32,000 nt of DNA from NCBI GenBank assembly GCA_942493095.1, contig OW818675.1, forward strand, positions 1,980,001-2,012,000. The letters are read 5' to 3'. The translations under genes were made by a program, and so were the position numbers. Of the stretch, positions 16,459-26,285 are shown in pieces; the stretch's first letter is position 1, and the number at the start of each line of letters is the position of its first letter. The notes under the pieces were generated by a model. It ran no database searches. It saw nothing but the letters and a program-made list of their open reading frames with translations, and had not been told where the DNA came from. The DNA comes from Candidatus Electronema halotolerans. GTDB taxonomy: Bacteria > Desulfobacterota > Desulfobulbia > Desulfobulbales > Desulfobulbaceae.

Positions 16459-16830
16459 ATGCGGAAAATATTGATCATAGACGATGACGAGCAAATTCTG
16501 CCCATGCTGGCGCATGCGGTGGAGCTGGCAGGCTATGCTGCGGTGACTGCCTTGGATGGACGGGAGGGGCAGCGACTGCTGGAAAAGCAGCCTTTTGACT
16601 TGGTGATCACGGATCTGATCATGCCGGAACGCGAGGGCATGGAGACCATTACCTATATTAAAAAGAATTTTCCCGCTATTAAAATTATCGCCATTTCCGG
16701 CGGAGGCCGGATTGGGCCGGAAACCTATCTGCCCGCCGCCTTGGAACTGGGTGCGGACGATGCTTTTGCCAAGCCCTTTCCGGTGGAGGAACTGCTGACT
16801 TCTATCAGGAAGCTGCTGAAGGAAACCTGA
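16459..16830 (+). CDS. Single-domain response regulator (CheY-like receiver)
   Basis: Begins MRKILIIDDDEQIL, then ...FDLVITDLIMPEREGMETI... and AISGGG...AFAKPF. GGAGAGGAGAGGGG lies upstream of ATG 16459. The track's earlier start at 16393 adds non-receiver residues. Confidence 0.85.
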   Translation: MRKILIIDDDEQILPMLAHAVELAGYAAVTALDGREGQRLLEKQPFDLVITDLIMPEREGMETITYIKKNFPAIKIIAISGGGRIGPETYLPAALELGADDAFAKPFPVEELLTSIRKLLKET

Positions 16831-16867
16831 TCTGCAAAGCCTGACCTGACTTGTCCATTTTTTCCTG

Positions 16868-18676
16868 ATGGGCCTGCCATCTGTTTTCAGGGCAGGCCCT
16901 GTTTCTGTTGCTCAATTCCGATATATTGCTTTGTTTCATCTTGTTGGGCCGATTTTTCGCCGCTTCCGCCTGCGGCTCTGCTTTGGCATGGCCGCCCTGC
17001 TGGTCGTTGATCTGCTTCAACTCACCATTCCCCGGTATCTCAAGATCGGGGTGGATGAGCTGGAGCAGGGCACGGCAGACAGCCACAGACTGCTCCTGCT
17101 CTGCTGCTTCATCCTGCTCACCGCTGTAGTCGCGGCAGTGCTCAAATACTGCTGGCGCACCCTGCTGATCGGCTTTTCCCGGTATTTGGAGACCGACCTG
17201 CGCGAGCAGCTTTTCTCGCATGTGCTGGATATGGATCAATGTTTTCTCAACCGCCATCCGCCTGGCGAAATCATGGCCCATGCCGCCAATGACTTGGCAG
17301 CAGTGCAGATGGCCTTTGGCATGGGCCTGGCTGCTGCGGCTGACATTCTGGTCCTGACAGGAGCCTCGGTTCTGTTCATGCTCCACATCAGCCCGCCGCT
17401 GACCCTGACCACCCTTGCCCCGCTGCCGCTGCTGGCCGCCTGCGCCTGGCTGCTCTCTCGCGAGCTGCACAAACGCTTTGAGCAGGTGCAGGCTCAGTTC
17501 AGCCTGCTGACGGAATTTTCCCGCAACACCTTGGTGTCCATCCGCATGATCAAGGGCTGCACCAGAGAAGGGCAGCAGATTCGCGACTTTGACCGTCTGA
17601 GCAGAAAATACGTCCGCTCCAGTGTCAGCACAGCCGTGATGCAGGGCCTGCTCATGCCGGTCTCCGTGCTCACCGGCAGCGCGGCCATGCTCATCGCCCT
17701 CTATGTCGGCGGCAGAATGGTGATTGCCAATGTCATCACCTTGGGTGATTTTGTCGCCTTCACCACCTTTCTGTCCATGCTTTCCATGCCCTTGGTCATG
17801 GCAGGCTGGGTCACTGGCCTGCTCCGCCGGGGCCTGACTTCCTTGGCCCGAATCCACCGCCTCCTGACTGAGGAATCAGCCTTGGCCGCCAGCCTGCGGC
17901 CTGCCCCGCCAGGCACAGCCATCCTCCAGAGCCGCCCCCGCATTGCCCTGCGCCAGCTCAGTTTCACCTATCCCGGCGCAGCCGCTCCGGCCCTACAGAA
18001 GATTGAGCTGGAAATCGGCCCAGGAGTGCTGGGCATCACCGGCAGAACCGGATCCGGCAAGTCAACGCTGTGCAGCCTCTTGGTCCGGCTCTATCCTGTG
18101 CCTGACCAGAGCTTCATTTTTGCCGGGCATGATGTGAACCTGCTTGATCCGGCCCTGATCCGGGAGCAGATCAGCTATGCAGGCCGGACAGCCTCCCTCT
18201 TTTCCGGCACAGCGGCGGAGAACATCAGCTTGGCCAGACCAGAGGCTTCCTTGACGGAAATCAAGGCGGCAGCCAAGGCGGCGGCAGTGCATGAGGAAAT
18301 TTTGGCCATGCCGGACGGCTATCAGACCCGGCTGGGGGAAAGAGGGGTGCGGCTCTCTGGCGGCCAGAAGCAGCGGCTGGCCTTGGCCCGGGCCATTCTC
18401 AGCCACCGGCCCATCCTGATTGTTGATGACGGCCTGTCCTCCTTGGACGCGGACACCAGCCAGCAGGTCTTTGCCGCCCTGCGCGAGCGCATGACAGGCA
18501 AAACCTTGATTGTGGTCACGTATCAGGTCAGCCTCTTGGCTGCTGCTGATCATGTTCTGATCATGGAGCAGGGCCGGATTGCCGACCAGGGCAGCCATGC
18601 GCAGCTCTTGGCCCGCAACGCCTTTTATCAGGAGAGCACACGCGGTCAGCAGGACAGGAGACGGATTGGTGGGTAA
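16868..18676 (+). CDS. ABC exporter half-transporter (TMD-NBD), the subunit carrying degenerate ATPase motifs
   Basis: The N-terminal half is hydrophobic in multiple stretches, consistent with a TMD. Walker A is GRTGSGKST and the signature is LSGGQKQR. Walker B reads ILIVDD (Asp at the catalytic Glu position, codon 18428..18430). The H-loop position reads VTYQVS, and the Q-loop Gln is absent (ISYAGRTASLF). Confidence 0.85.
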   Translation: MGLPSVFRAGPVSVAQFRYIALFHLVGPIFRRFRLRLCFGMAALLVVDLLQLTIPRYLKIGVDELEQGTADSHRLLLLCCFILLTAVVAAVLKYCWRTLLIGFSRYLETDLREQLFSHVLDMDQCFLNRHPPGEIMAHAANDLAAVQMAFGMGLAAAADILVLTGASVLFMLHISPPLTLTTLAPLPLLAACAWLLSRELHKRFEQVQAQFSLLTEFSRNTLVSIRMIKGCTREGQQIRDFDRLSRKYVRSSVSTAVMQGLLMPVSVLTGSAAMLIALYVGGRMVIANVITLGDFVAFTTFLSMLSMPLVMAGWVTGLLRRGLTSLARIHRLLTEESALAASLRPAPPGTAILQSRPRIALRQLSFTYPGAAAPALQKIELEIGPGVLGITGRTGSGKSTLCSLLVRLYPVPDQSFIFAGHDVNLLDPALIREQISYAGRTASLFSGTAAENISLARPEASLTEIKAAAKAAAVHEEILAMPDGYQTRLGERGVRLSGGQKQRLALARAILSHRPILIVDDGLSSLDADTSQQVFAALRERMTGKTLIVVTYQVSLLAAADHVLIMEQGRIADQGSHAQLLARNAFYQESTRGQQDRRRIGG

Positions 18677-20525
18677 TTTCGGCTATTTTGAAGAAGGCAA
18701 GATGGGCCGGGTTTCCGACCTGCAGCTCTGGAAGCGGATTGCCGCCCGATGCCGGGACTACAGCAGCGGCATCGCCTGGAGCATGGTTCTTTCTCTCCTT
18801 GCCGCCGGAGCCACGCTGGTCCAGCCAAAACTGCTTCAGTTCGCCATTGACAGCAGCATGACCGGTCCGAAAAACGATCCGGCCTTTCTTTTGGACACGC
18901 TCGCCTTTGCCGCCCTGCTCTACGGCGGGGCCGTGATTGTCGTTTTTGGGGCCAGCTTTGCCCAGACCGTGCTGCTCGAATACATCAGCCAGTCAGTCAT
19001 GCACCAGCTCCGCTGCGGCCTGCACCGGCATCTGCTCTCCCTTGATCTGGCCTTTTTCCACGCCCACCCGGCAGGCCGCTTAGTGACCCGGCTGACCAAT
19101 GACATTCAGAACATGAGCGACATGTTCACCTTGGTCATGGCGACCTTGTTCAATGATCTGCTCAAGTTTTTCGGCATCTTGGTGATGCTTTTTCTCATCA
19201 ATGTCCGGCTGGCGCTGCTGATGGCCATTTTTCTGCCAGTGTCCTTAGCAGTCAGCATCTTTTTCTCTAAAATCGCCCGCAGCGGCTTCCGGGCCATCCG
19301 CAGCCAGCTCGCCGTGATCAACGCCTTTATTCAGGAAATGGTCTCCTCCTTGGCCATTGTTCATATTTACGGGCAAGAAAACGAGAATTTGCACCGCTTC
19401 CGCGCCCTCAACGAGGAGTATCTGCACCGCTGGCTGCACCTGATTCACTGCTTTGGCGCGTTCATGCCGCTGACCGAGCTGCTCACTTGGCTGGCTGTGG
19501 CAATCATCCTCTGGCAGGGCGGCGGCGAGGTCCTCAGCCAGCAGCTCACCTTGGGCGAACTGACCGCCTTTCTCGCCTACATGCGCCTCTTTTTTCAGCC
19601 CATGCTGGAACTGGCCCGCAAATACTCGGTGGTCCAGTCCGCCTTAGCCTCGGCAGAGCGCATTTTCGAGCTGCTCGACTTGTCCAGCAGCATGCAGGAA
19701 CCAGACCAGCCTTTGGACGGCAGCCTGATCCAAGGCGATATCCGCTTTGAGCAGGTCTGTTTCGGCTATCAGCAGGAGAACAGGCAGGGGCAGATGCAGG
19801 CGGCGGCCAAGGACACCCTGCGCGACATCACCTTGCATATTCAGGCCGGAGAAACTGTGGCCATCACCGGCCCGACCGGGGCAGGCAAATCCACCTTAGT
19901 CAGCCTCTTAGTCAGGTTCTATGAGCCAAGCGTGGGCCAAATTTTCTTGGATGGACACGACCTGCGTGAGTTCTCAGTCAAGACCCTGCGTGAGAAAATC
20001 GGTCTGGTTCTGCAGGATCCGCTGATTGAGCCGGACACCGTGCTGGCCAACATCCGCCAGGACACTGGGCTGGAACGCGCAGCCATTGAACAGCTTTTGC
20101 GCCGCACCGGCCTGACCGCCTTTATCAGCCGCCTGCCCGTGGGCTTGGACACCCGCATCGGCGAAGGCGGCCTTAATCTTTCTGCCGGGGAAAAACAGCT
20201 CCTTGCCTTTGCCAGAGTGCTCTGCCGCGACCCGGCCATTCTGATTTTGGACGAGGCCACCTCTTCGGTGGATACTGAGGCGGAACGGCTGCTGGAGCAG
20301 GCAGTGCGCACTGGTTTTGCCGACCGGACCGTGCTGGTGATCGCCCATCGTCTTTCCACGGTCCGCCGGGCAGACCGGATTGTCGTGCTGGATCAGGGCC
20401 GGATCGTTGAACAGGGCAGTCATGCGGAGCTGCTGCGGCAGCAGGGCCTGTATGCGGAACTGGTGCAGGCTGACCTGCGCGGGCAGACACAAGAAAAAGC
20501 ATGTCCTGCCAACCTTTTGCTCTGA
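18669..20525 (+). CDS. ABC exporter half-transporter (TMD-NBD), the subunit with canonical ATPase motifs
   Basis: Walker A is GPTGAGKST, the Q-loop is LVLQDP, Walker B is ILILDEATS and the H-loop is VIAHRLS, but the signature is LSAGEKQ. The start is either GTG 18669 (overlapping the upstream TAA at 18674..18676) or ATG 18702. The track's 18579 start lies inside the previous gene. Confidence 0.85.
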   Translation: MGNFGYFEEGKMGRVSDLQLWKRIAARCRDYSSGIAWSMVLSLLAAGATLVQPKLLQFAIDSSMTGPKNDPAFLLDTLAFAALLYGGAVIVVFGASFAQTVLLEYISQSVMHQLRCGLHRHLLSLDLAFFHAHPAGRLVTRLTNDIQNMSDMFTLVMATLFNDLLKFFGILVMLFLINVRLALLMAIFLPVSLAVSIFFSKIARSGFRAIRSQLAVINAFIQEMVSSLAIVHIYGQENENLHRFRALNEEYLHRWLHLIHCFGAFMPLTELLTWLAVAIILWQGGGEVLSQQLTLGELTAFLAYMRLFFQPMLELARKYSVVQSALASAERIFELLDLSSSMQEPDQPLDGSLIQGDIRFEQVCFGYQQENRQGQMQAAAKDTLRDITLHIQAGETVAITGPTGAGKSTLVSLLVRFYEPSVGQIFLDGHDLREFSVKTLREKIGLVLQDPLIEPDTVLANIRQDTGLERAAIEQLLRRTGLTAFISRLPVGLDTRIGEGGLNLSAGEKQLLAFARVLCRDPAILILDEATSSVDTEAERLLEQAVRTGFADRTVLVIAHRLSTVRRADRIVVLDQGRIVEQGSHAELLRQQGLYAELVQADLRGQTQEKACPANLLL

Positions 20526-20539
20526 AACCAATTCACATC

Positions 20540-21856
20540 ATGGCACGATCATACATCATCACTGGCGGCAAGCCCATCCAAGGCGCAGTGCAAATCCTCG
20601 GCGCAAAAAATTTTGCCACCAAGGCAATGGTTGCTGCGGTTTTGACCGATGATCTGACAACCCTGCTCAATGCGCCGGACATTGGCGACATCGCCATCAC
20701 CGAAGACCTGCTGCGCGGCATTGGCGCGGATGTCTGCCGAACAGACGGTCCTGATGCCGGGGTGCTGAAGATTGATCCAGCAGCGGTCAATCAGCAGACA
20801 ATTCCGCTGCCAGATTCCGGCTCCAACCGCATTCCCATTCTCCTGATGGGCGCATTGCTGCACCGCTTCGAGGAGGTGAGCGCGCCGTTTGTCGCTGGCT
20901 GCAACATCGGCGGTCGTCCGGTTGATTTCCATCTCCAAGCCATGCGCCTATTCGGGGCGGAAGTGATTGTGACCGACACCGGCTACACAGCAGTGCGGCG
21001 CAGCCGTCTGCGCGCCTGCCATTACACCCTGCCCTATCCCAGCGTCGGCGCAACCGAATCTTGCATCCTGCTCGGCGTGCTCGCGGACGGCACCACAGTG
21101 ATTGCCAACTGCGCCCAAGAGCCGGAAATCATGGCCATGATCACCATGCTCAACGCGATGGGGGCGCGGATCAGCTTCAGCATGGACCGGACGCTGACTA
21201 TTCACGGCGTTGACCGGCTGCATGGCACGGTTTATCCGATCATCGGCGACCGGATAGAGGCGGCCTCATGGGCGGCTTTGGCAGCAGCCACGGACGGCGA
21301 GATCATTGTCAACGGCATTGCCCCTGAGATTTTGGCGAATTTTTTCGGCCACTTCAATGCCATCGGCGGCGGCGTGGAAGTGCTGGGCAGAGACTCGCTG
21401 CGTTTCTACAAACGCCAGCCCCTTGCTGCCACGTCCATAGAGACTGATGTCTATCCCGGCTTTGCCACTGACTGGCAGCAGCCGATCACTGCCCTGCTGA
21501 CCCAGGCAAACGGAATTTCCGTCATCCATGAAACCGTGTATGAGAACCGCTTCGGCTACACCCATGTTCTCAACCAGCTATGCGCGAATATTCAGGTGGT
21601 GAAATACTGTCTTGGTGGCATCCGCTGCCGCTTTGCCGGGCATGATCATCCGCACAGCGCGATCATCAGCGGCAGAACCAAGCTGCGCTCAGATGGGCTT
21701 GAAATTCCAATTCCCGACCTCCGGGCCGGGCTGGCCTACATCATGGCGGCCTGCATGGCTGACGGCGCAGTCAAGATCACCAATATTCATCTGCTGGAAC
21801 GCGGCTACGGCAACTTGGCCCAGCGCGCTCCTTTTCTTGAGATTGAGCCGGACTGA
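20540..21856 (+). CDS. murA: UDP-N-acetylglucosamine 1-carboxyvinyltransferase
   Basis: Begins MARSYIITGGKPIQGAVQILGAKNFATKAMVAAVL. Also ...GCNIGGRPVDFHLQ (active-site Cys loop) and a C-terminal ...IHLLERGYGNLAQR. Confidence 0.9.
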   Translation: MARSYIITGGKPIQGAVQILGAKNFATKAMVAAVLTDDLTTLLNAPDIGDIAITEDLLRGIGADVCRTDGPDAGVLKIDPAAVNQQTIPLPDSGSNRIPILLMGALLHRFEEVSAPFVAGCNIGGRPVDFHLQAMRLFGAEVIVTDTGYTAVRRSRLRACHYTLPYPSVGATESCILLGVLADGTTVIANCAQEPEIMAMITMLNAMGARISFSMDRTLTIHGVDRLHGTVYPIIGDRIEAASWAALAAATDGEIIVNGIAPEILANFFGHFNAIGGGVEVLGRDSLRFYKRQPLAATSIETDVYPGFATDWQQPITALLTQANGISVIHETVYENRFGYTHVLNQLCANIQVVKYCLGGIRCRFAGHDHPHSAIISGRTKLRSDGLEIPIPDLRAGLAYIMAACMADGAVKITNIHLLERGYGNLAQRAPFLEIEPD

Positions 21857-21937
21857 AACTGTCGGCGGCACCTTCTTTTGCAGTTCAGTGTCGATGGTGC
21901 TCATGGTTCACCAGCCGAAAAAAAAGCAGGAGCGGTT

Positions 21938-21962
21938 CAGGCAAGGCTGCCTGACTCTTTTT
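21938..21962 (+). terminator. Candidate intrinsic terminator downstream of murA
   Basis: CAGGCA-aggc-TGCCTG (21938..21953) followed by ACTCTTTTT. The stem is only 6 bp. Confidence 0.4.
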
Positions 21963-21985
21963 CACCGCCGGAAAAGTTTTTTTGC

Positions 21986-22013
21986 TTGACTTCCTGTTTA
22001 TCCATCCTATACT
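21986..22013 (+). promoter_or_regulatory. Sigma-70-type promoter candidate for sat
   Basis: TTGACT (21986..21991), a 16-nt spacer, then TATACT (22008..22013). It lies ~95 nt upstream of the sat ATG, with SD GGAAGG just before 22111. Confidence 0.5.
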
Positions 22014-22110
22014 TATATATTTTTACAGGCCGTGATTTGTTTTGCGGCACATTCGCCTCAACTTGAAAAAATAAAAAACAACCATTACTTAACGCAACGA
22101 GGAAGGAATT

Positions 22111-23391
22111 ATGTCTAAGCTGGTAGCCCCCCACGGCGGCAAAGGTCTGGTCTGCGCCCTGCTTCACGGCAGTGAGCTGGCAGCGGAGAAGGAAAAAGCA
22201 GCTGGCCTGAAAAAAGTTCAGGTCAGTGCCCGCGCCAAAGGCGACCTGATCATGATGGGCATTGGCGGCTTTTCTCCGTTAGACGGCTTCATGAACAAAG
22301 CGGACTGGAAGAGCGTCTGTGAGAATTTCCAGCTCGCTGACGGCACCTTCTGGCCAGTGCCGATCACCTTGGATGTGTCCAAGAACGATGCCAACGGCAT
22401 CACCACTGGCGACGAGATCGCTCTTGAGGCTGACGGCGAGATCATCGCCACCATGAAGGTCACAGAGAAGTATGACATGACCGAGGCTGACAAAAAGTGG
22501 GAGTGCGAGAAGGTCTTCATGGGATCCGGCGCAGACTCGATTGACGGCAAGTTCTGGCAGGTTGCCCCGGAAGATCATCCCGGCGTGATCATGGTCATGA
22601 ACCAGAAAGACGTGAATCTGGCCGGGTCAGTGAAAGTGCTTTCTCAGGGCAATTACCCGACCGAGTATCCGGGCGTGTATCTGACCCCGGCTGAGACCCG
22701 CGCCATGTTTGAGGAGCGCGGCTGGGCCAAGGTCGCCGCTCTCCAGCTCCGCAACCCGATGCACCGCTCGCATGAGTTCTTAGCCAAGATCGCCATTGAG
22801 GTCTGCGATGGCGTGCTGATTCACTCCCTGATCGGCAACCTGAAGCCGGGCGACATTCCTGCCCCGGTGCGGGTCAAGGCCATTGAGATTCTGATTGACA
22901 ACTACTTTGTCAAAGACAACGTCATCAATGCAGGCTATCCGCTTGACATGCGCTATGCCGGTCCGCGTGAGGCCCTGCTTCATGCCACCTTCCGCCAGAA
23001 CTACGGCATCACCGACATGCTGATTGGTCGTGATCATGCCGGCGTGGGCGACTTCTACGGCCTGTTCGAGGCTCAGGAAATCTTTGATCGCATCCCGACC
23101 ACCGGCATTGCTGGCAAAGACCTGCTCTGCAAGCCGATGAAGATTGACTGGACCTTCTACTGCCACAAGTGCGACGGCATGGCTTCCCTGCGCACCTGCA
23201 ACCACACCAAGGAAGACCGCGTCATCCTCTCCGGCACCAAGCTGCGCAAGGCCCTGTCCGAGGGAGCCGAAGTTGTTGATCACTTTGGCCGCGAGGAAGT
23301 TCTGGAGCACCTGCGCAAATACTACGGCAGCCTGACCGAGAAGGTTGAGGTCAAGATGCAGGGTGCCGCTTCCGGCGCAGACATGAAGTAA
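22111..23391 (+). CDS. sat: Sulfate adenylyltransferase (ATP sulfurylase), the homo-oligomeric type found in sulfate reducers
   Basis: 426 aa. Begins [14 protein letters not shown], then ...[46 protein letters not shown] and a C-terminal CHKCDG...C Zn-ribbon-like motif. Confidence 0.9.
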   Translation: MSKLVAPHGGKGLVCALLHGSELAAEKEKAAGLKKVQVSARAKGDLIMMGIGGFSPLDGFMNKADWKSVCENFQLADGTFWPVPITLDVSKNDANGITTGDEIALEADGEIIATMKVTEKYDMTEADKKWECEKVFMGSGADSIDGKFWQVAPEDHPGVIMVMNQKDVNLAGSVKVLSQGNYPTEYPGVYLTPAETRAMFEERGWAKVAALQLRNPMHRSHEFLAKIAIEVCDGVLIHSLIGNLKPGDIPAPVRVKAIEILIDNYFVKDNVINAGYPLDMRYAGPREALLHATFRQNYGITDMLIGRDHAGVGDFYGLFEAQEIFDRIPTTGIAGKDLLCKPMKIDWTFYCHKCDGMASLRTCNHTKEDRVILSGTKLRKALSEGAEVVDHFGREEVLEHLRKYYGSLTEKVEVKMQGAASGADMK

Positions 23392-23415
23392 GAGGTATTT
23401 TTTTACTGCGCTGCC

Positions 23416-23447
23416 AAGGAGATGCTTATAGCATCTCCTTTTTTTAT
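23416..23447 (+). terminator. Rho-independent terminator of sat
   Basis: Perfect 10-bp stem AAGGAGATGC (23416..23425) with GCATCTCCTT (23431..23440), loop TTATA, then a T-run. Confidence 0.8.
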
Positions 23448-23855
23448 TGCCGCCTCGCCTTCGGGCCGGGCAGCCGGAAATAAAAAAACCGGCTTTTTCT
23501 GGGATGGAAAGAGCCGGCACAAAAAAAGAAGAGATGAAGAACACCTTGTTTTATGCAATGGCCATGCCGTTTCTGTACGGATACGGTAATTGCATAAAAT
23601 AAATAGATAAAAAATAAACTACAGGCGTTCACTCCTCTTTTGACAATACAGTTTTTTTGATAATCAAGCAGTTGTTTTCCCCTTGTTTTCGTGAGATAAT
23701 AGTCTTATTGGCCGCTCTGTCGGCCTGAGCAGGCCGTATTCAATATTTAGCTGGAAATATCATTTTTTTGCTTTCAGTCAGTTCGAGAGCAAACCAGCCG
23801 CATCTTGCGCACTGCGCTGCTGGCCGTTCCTTCATTTTTTCCCGGAGAAAAGCTC

Positions 23856-25055
23856 ATGCCAACTTGTCCGATCCATATTATGAACGCCATTTCTGCGGAA
23901 GGACTGGCTTTGTTTGGCCTCAACTTCACGCTGGATGCTGCTCAGGCTGAGGCGCAGGGCTTGCTGGTGCGCAGCTCGCCCGTGGCCTTGGCTGATTTTC
24001 CCCGGCTGGAGGCGATTGCCAGAGCCGGGGCCGGGGTCAACAATATTCCAGTGGATGAAGCTACAGAAAAAGGCATCTGCGTTTTCAACACACCGGGGGC
24101 CAATGCCAACGCCGTGGTGGAGCTGGTATTCACCATGCTGGGGATATGGCTCCGTCATGTCCATCAGGGCATGAATTTTTGCCAAGGTCTGAGCGGTCTG
24201 ACCGGAACTGCCCTCCATGCGGAAGTTGAAGCCCGCAAGAAAATGTTCCGGGGCCAGGAGCTGGCCGACAAGACCTTGGGCATCATCGGACTGGGCCAGA
24301 TCGGGGTGCGGGCCGCCAATATGGGCGTGCATCACAACATGCGGGTGCTGGGTTATGACCCCTATCCGGTTTTGGACAACATCCACCGCCTGCTGCCAGA
24401 TGTGAAGCTGGCCCAGTCGCGACAGGAGGTGCTGGCCCAGGCTGATTACGTCTCCCTGCATGTGCCGCTCAACCGGAGCACAGCCGGGTCTGTCTCCACC
24501 GCGTTTCTCAGCAGGATGAAACAAGGCGCAGTGCTGCTCAATTATGCGCGGGGGCCAATTGCGGATGACGAGGCAGTGCTCAGTGCCCTTGACTCTGGCC
24601 AGCTTGCCGCTTATCTGTCCGACTTCCCGACCGAGAAGCTGCTTGGCCACGAGAACGTCCTCTTCACGCCCCATCTCGGTGCCTCGACCTCAGAATCTGA
24701 GGAGCAGTGCGCGGCAATGGCGGTGCGGGAGCTGAAAAATTATCTTGAATATGGCACAGTCACTCACAGTGTCAATTTTCCCAATGTGGAGAGCATCCCG
24801 GCAGCAGGCAGCCATGCCCGCCTGATCATGATCAACCGCGATCAGCCGGGCATGATCGGTCTGGCCAGCAATATACTTGGCAGGCACAAGATCAACATCA
24901 TGAGTTACACCAACAAGAGCAACGGCAGCATTGGCTACAATATCATTGACACAGAAAATCCAGTGCCGTCGGCGGTGCGGGAGGAAATTGAGGCGGTGGA
25001 AGGGGTGATCCGGGTGCGGATCATTTCCTTGCAGACGCAGGCGGAAGCAGCTTGA
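23856..25055 (+). CDS. serA: D-3-phosphoglycerate dehydrogenase (2-hydroxyacid dehydrogenase with a C-terminal ACT domain)
   Basis: NAD site is LGIIGLGQIGVRAA, with the catalytic-region motif FTPHLGAST. The ACT-like tail reads RLIMINRDQPGMIGLASNILGRHKINI. The start is set at ATG 23856 (GGAGAA upstream); the track opens at TTG 23805. Confidence 0.8.
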   Translation: MPTCPIHIMNAISAEGLALFGLNFTLDAAQAEAQGLLVRSSPVALADFPRLEAIARAGAGVNNIPVDEATEKGICVFNTPGANANAVVELVFTMLGIWLRHVHQGMNFCQGLSGLTGTALHAEVEARKKMFRGQELADKTLGIIGLGQIGVRAANMGVHHNMRVLGYDPYPVLDNIHRLLPDVKLAQSRQEVLAQADYVSLHVPLNRSTAGSVSTAFLSRMKQGAVLLNYARGPIADDEAVLSALDSGQLAAYLSDFPTEKLLGHENVLFTPHLGASTSESEEQCAAMAVRELKNYLEYGTVTHSVNFPNVESIPAAGSHARLIMINRDQPGMIGLASNILGRHKINIMSYTNKSNGSIGYNIIDTENPVPSAVREEIEAVEGVIRVRIISLQTQAEAA

Positions 25056-26221
25056 ACACCACGAAAAACATCCTCATTGTTGCCGGAGAGGCCTCCGGCG
25101 ACATGCACGGGGCCAATTTGGTCGCGGCCATGCAGCGGCTTCAGCCCGGCCTGCGTTTCTCCGGCATTGGCGGCAGGGAGCTGGCCGCTGCAGGCGTGGA
25201 GCTGCTTTTTGACGCGGCAAAGATCGCAGTGGTGGGCCTGACCGAGATTCTCAGCCATTTCAGCGAAATACTTGCGGCCAGAAAAGCGGTCATCCGCCGG
25301 ATGCAACAGGAAAAGCCTGCCCTGCTGATCCTGATTGATTACCCGGATTTCAACCTCCTCCTTGCCGCCCAGGCCAAGAAGCTCGGCATTCCGGTTTTTT
25401 ACTACATCAGTCCGCAGGTCTGGGCATGGCGCAGCAGCCGGGTCAAGAAGATCGGCAGACTGACAGAACGGGTGGCGGTCATCCTCCCGTTTGAAAAGGA
25501 TTTTTATGCCCAGCGCGGTGTGGATGTGGATTTTGTCGGCCACCCGCTGGCAGACACAGTGCGGCCTGAGCAGCTTCTCAGCCGGGCAGCATTTTTCCAA
25601 GCGCATGACCTGCCGCTTGCGCCAGCAGGCCGGGTCATCGGCTTGCTGCCAGGAAGCCGGGCCAAAGAAATCCGCAGTCTGCTGCCAGACTTCCTTGCTG
25701 CGGCGGAACTGCTTGCTCAAGACAAGACGCAGAACTGGCTTTTCCTTCTGCCCCGCGCCGCCACTGTGCCGCAGGAGCTGCTTTTGGAAAACGGCTTGGC
25801 TGATGCCCAAAAAAAGCTCAATATCCGCATGATTGAAAACGACCGCCATGCGCTGATGGCAGCCTGCGATGCTGCTGCCGCCGCCTCTGGCACGGTCACG
25901 TTGGAGCTGGCCATGCTCGGCATTCCGGCAGTGGCCACCTACCGGGTCTCGCCGCTGACCTACCGGCTGGGCCGCCTGCTTGTCCGCCATCTCCGCCATT
26001 TTTCCTTAGTCAATCTGATTGCTGGCCGCGAGGTCATCCCGGAGCTGCTGCAAGACAAGGTCAGGCCGGAGGCACTTGCCCAGCATCTGCGCCTGCTGCT
26101 GGAAGAAAGTGAGTATCGTCACAGGGTTTTGGACGGCTTGACCGAAGTGACAGAGAAGCTCGGCCCGTCCGGCTGCGCGGAACGGGCGGCAAAAATCGCT
26201 CTGTCCTGCATGGCAAGATGA
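25052..26221 (+). CDS. lpxB: Lipid-A-disaccharide synthase
   Basis: Begins NILIVAGEASGDMHGANLV, then ...LILIDYPDFNLLLA, YYISPQVWAWR and DFVGHPLAD. A TTG start at 25052..25054 overlaps the serA TGA (25053..25055). The next Met lies inside the conserved GEASGD block, so the TTG is required. Confidence 0.9.
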   Translation: MNTTKNILIVAGEASGDMHGANLVAAMQRLQPGLRFSGIGGRELAAAGVELLFDAAKIAVVGLTEILSHFSEILAARKAVIRRMQQEKPALLILIDYPDFNLLLAAQAKKLGIPVFYYISPQVWAWRSSRVKKIGRLTERVAVILPFEKDFYAQRGVDVDFVGHPLADTVRPEQLLSRAAFFQAHDLPLAPAGRVIGLLPGSRAKEIRSLLPDFLAAAELLAQDKTQNWLFLLPRAATVPQELLLENGLADAQKKLNIRMIENDRHALMAACDAAAAASGTVTLELAMLGIPAVATYRVSPLTYRLGRLLVRHLRHFSLVNLIAGREVIPELLQDKVRPEALAQHLRLLLEESEYRHRVLDGLTEVTEKLGPSGCAERAAKIALSCMAR

Positions 26222-26285
26222 TGGTTGCAAGCACCAGTTCCGGGCAAGGGCAGGACTAAGAGCATCTGCCGGTTTTCCTCATCAA

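Noticed and set aside
16805-17857. 350-aa minus-strand ORF inside the first ABC gene
   Set aside because: Its Gly/Gln/Ala/His-rich low-complexity translation is antisense to a canonical TMD-NBD protein.
19974-20531. Minus-strand ORFs inside the second ABC gene
   Set aside because: They are antisense shadows of a gene with intact Walker A, Walker B and H-loop motifs.
22780-23544. 254-aa minus-strand ORF (GTG start) overlapping the sat 3' half and its terminator
   Set aside because: It is antisense to sat and runs through the sat terminator hairpin. It has no motifs.
23832-25999. Minus-strand ORFs 23832..24674 (280 aa) and 24935..25999 (354 aa)
   Set aside because: They are antisense to serA and lpxB, with shadow-frame composition.
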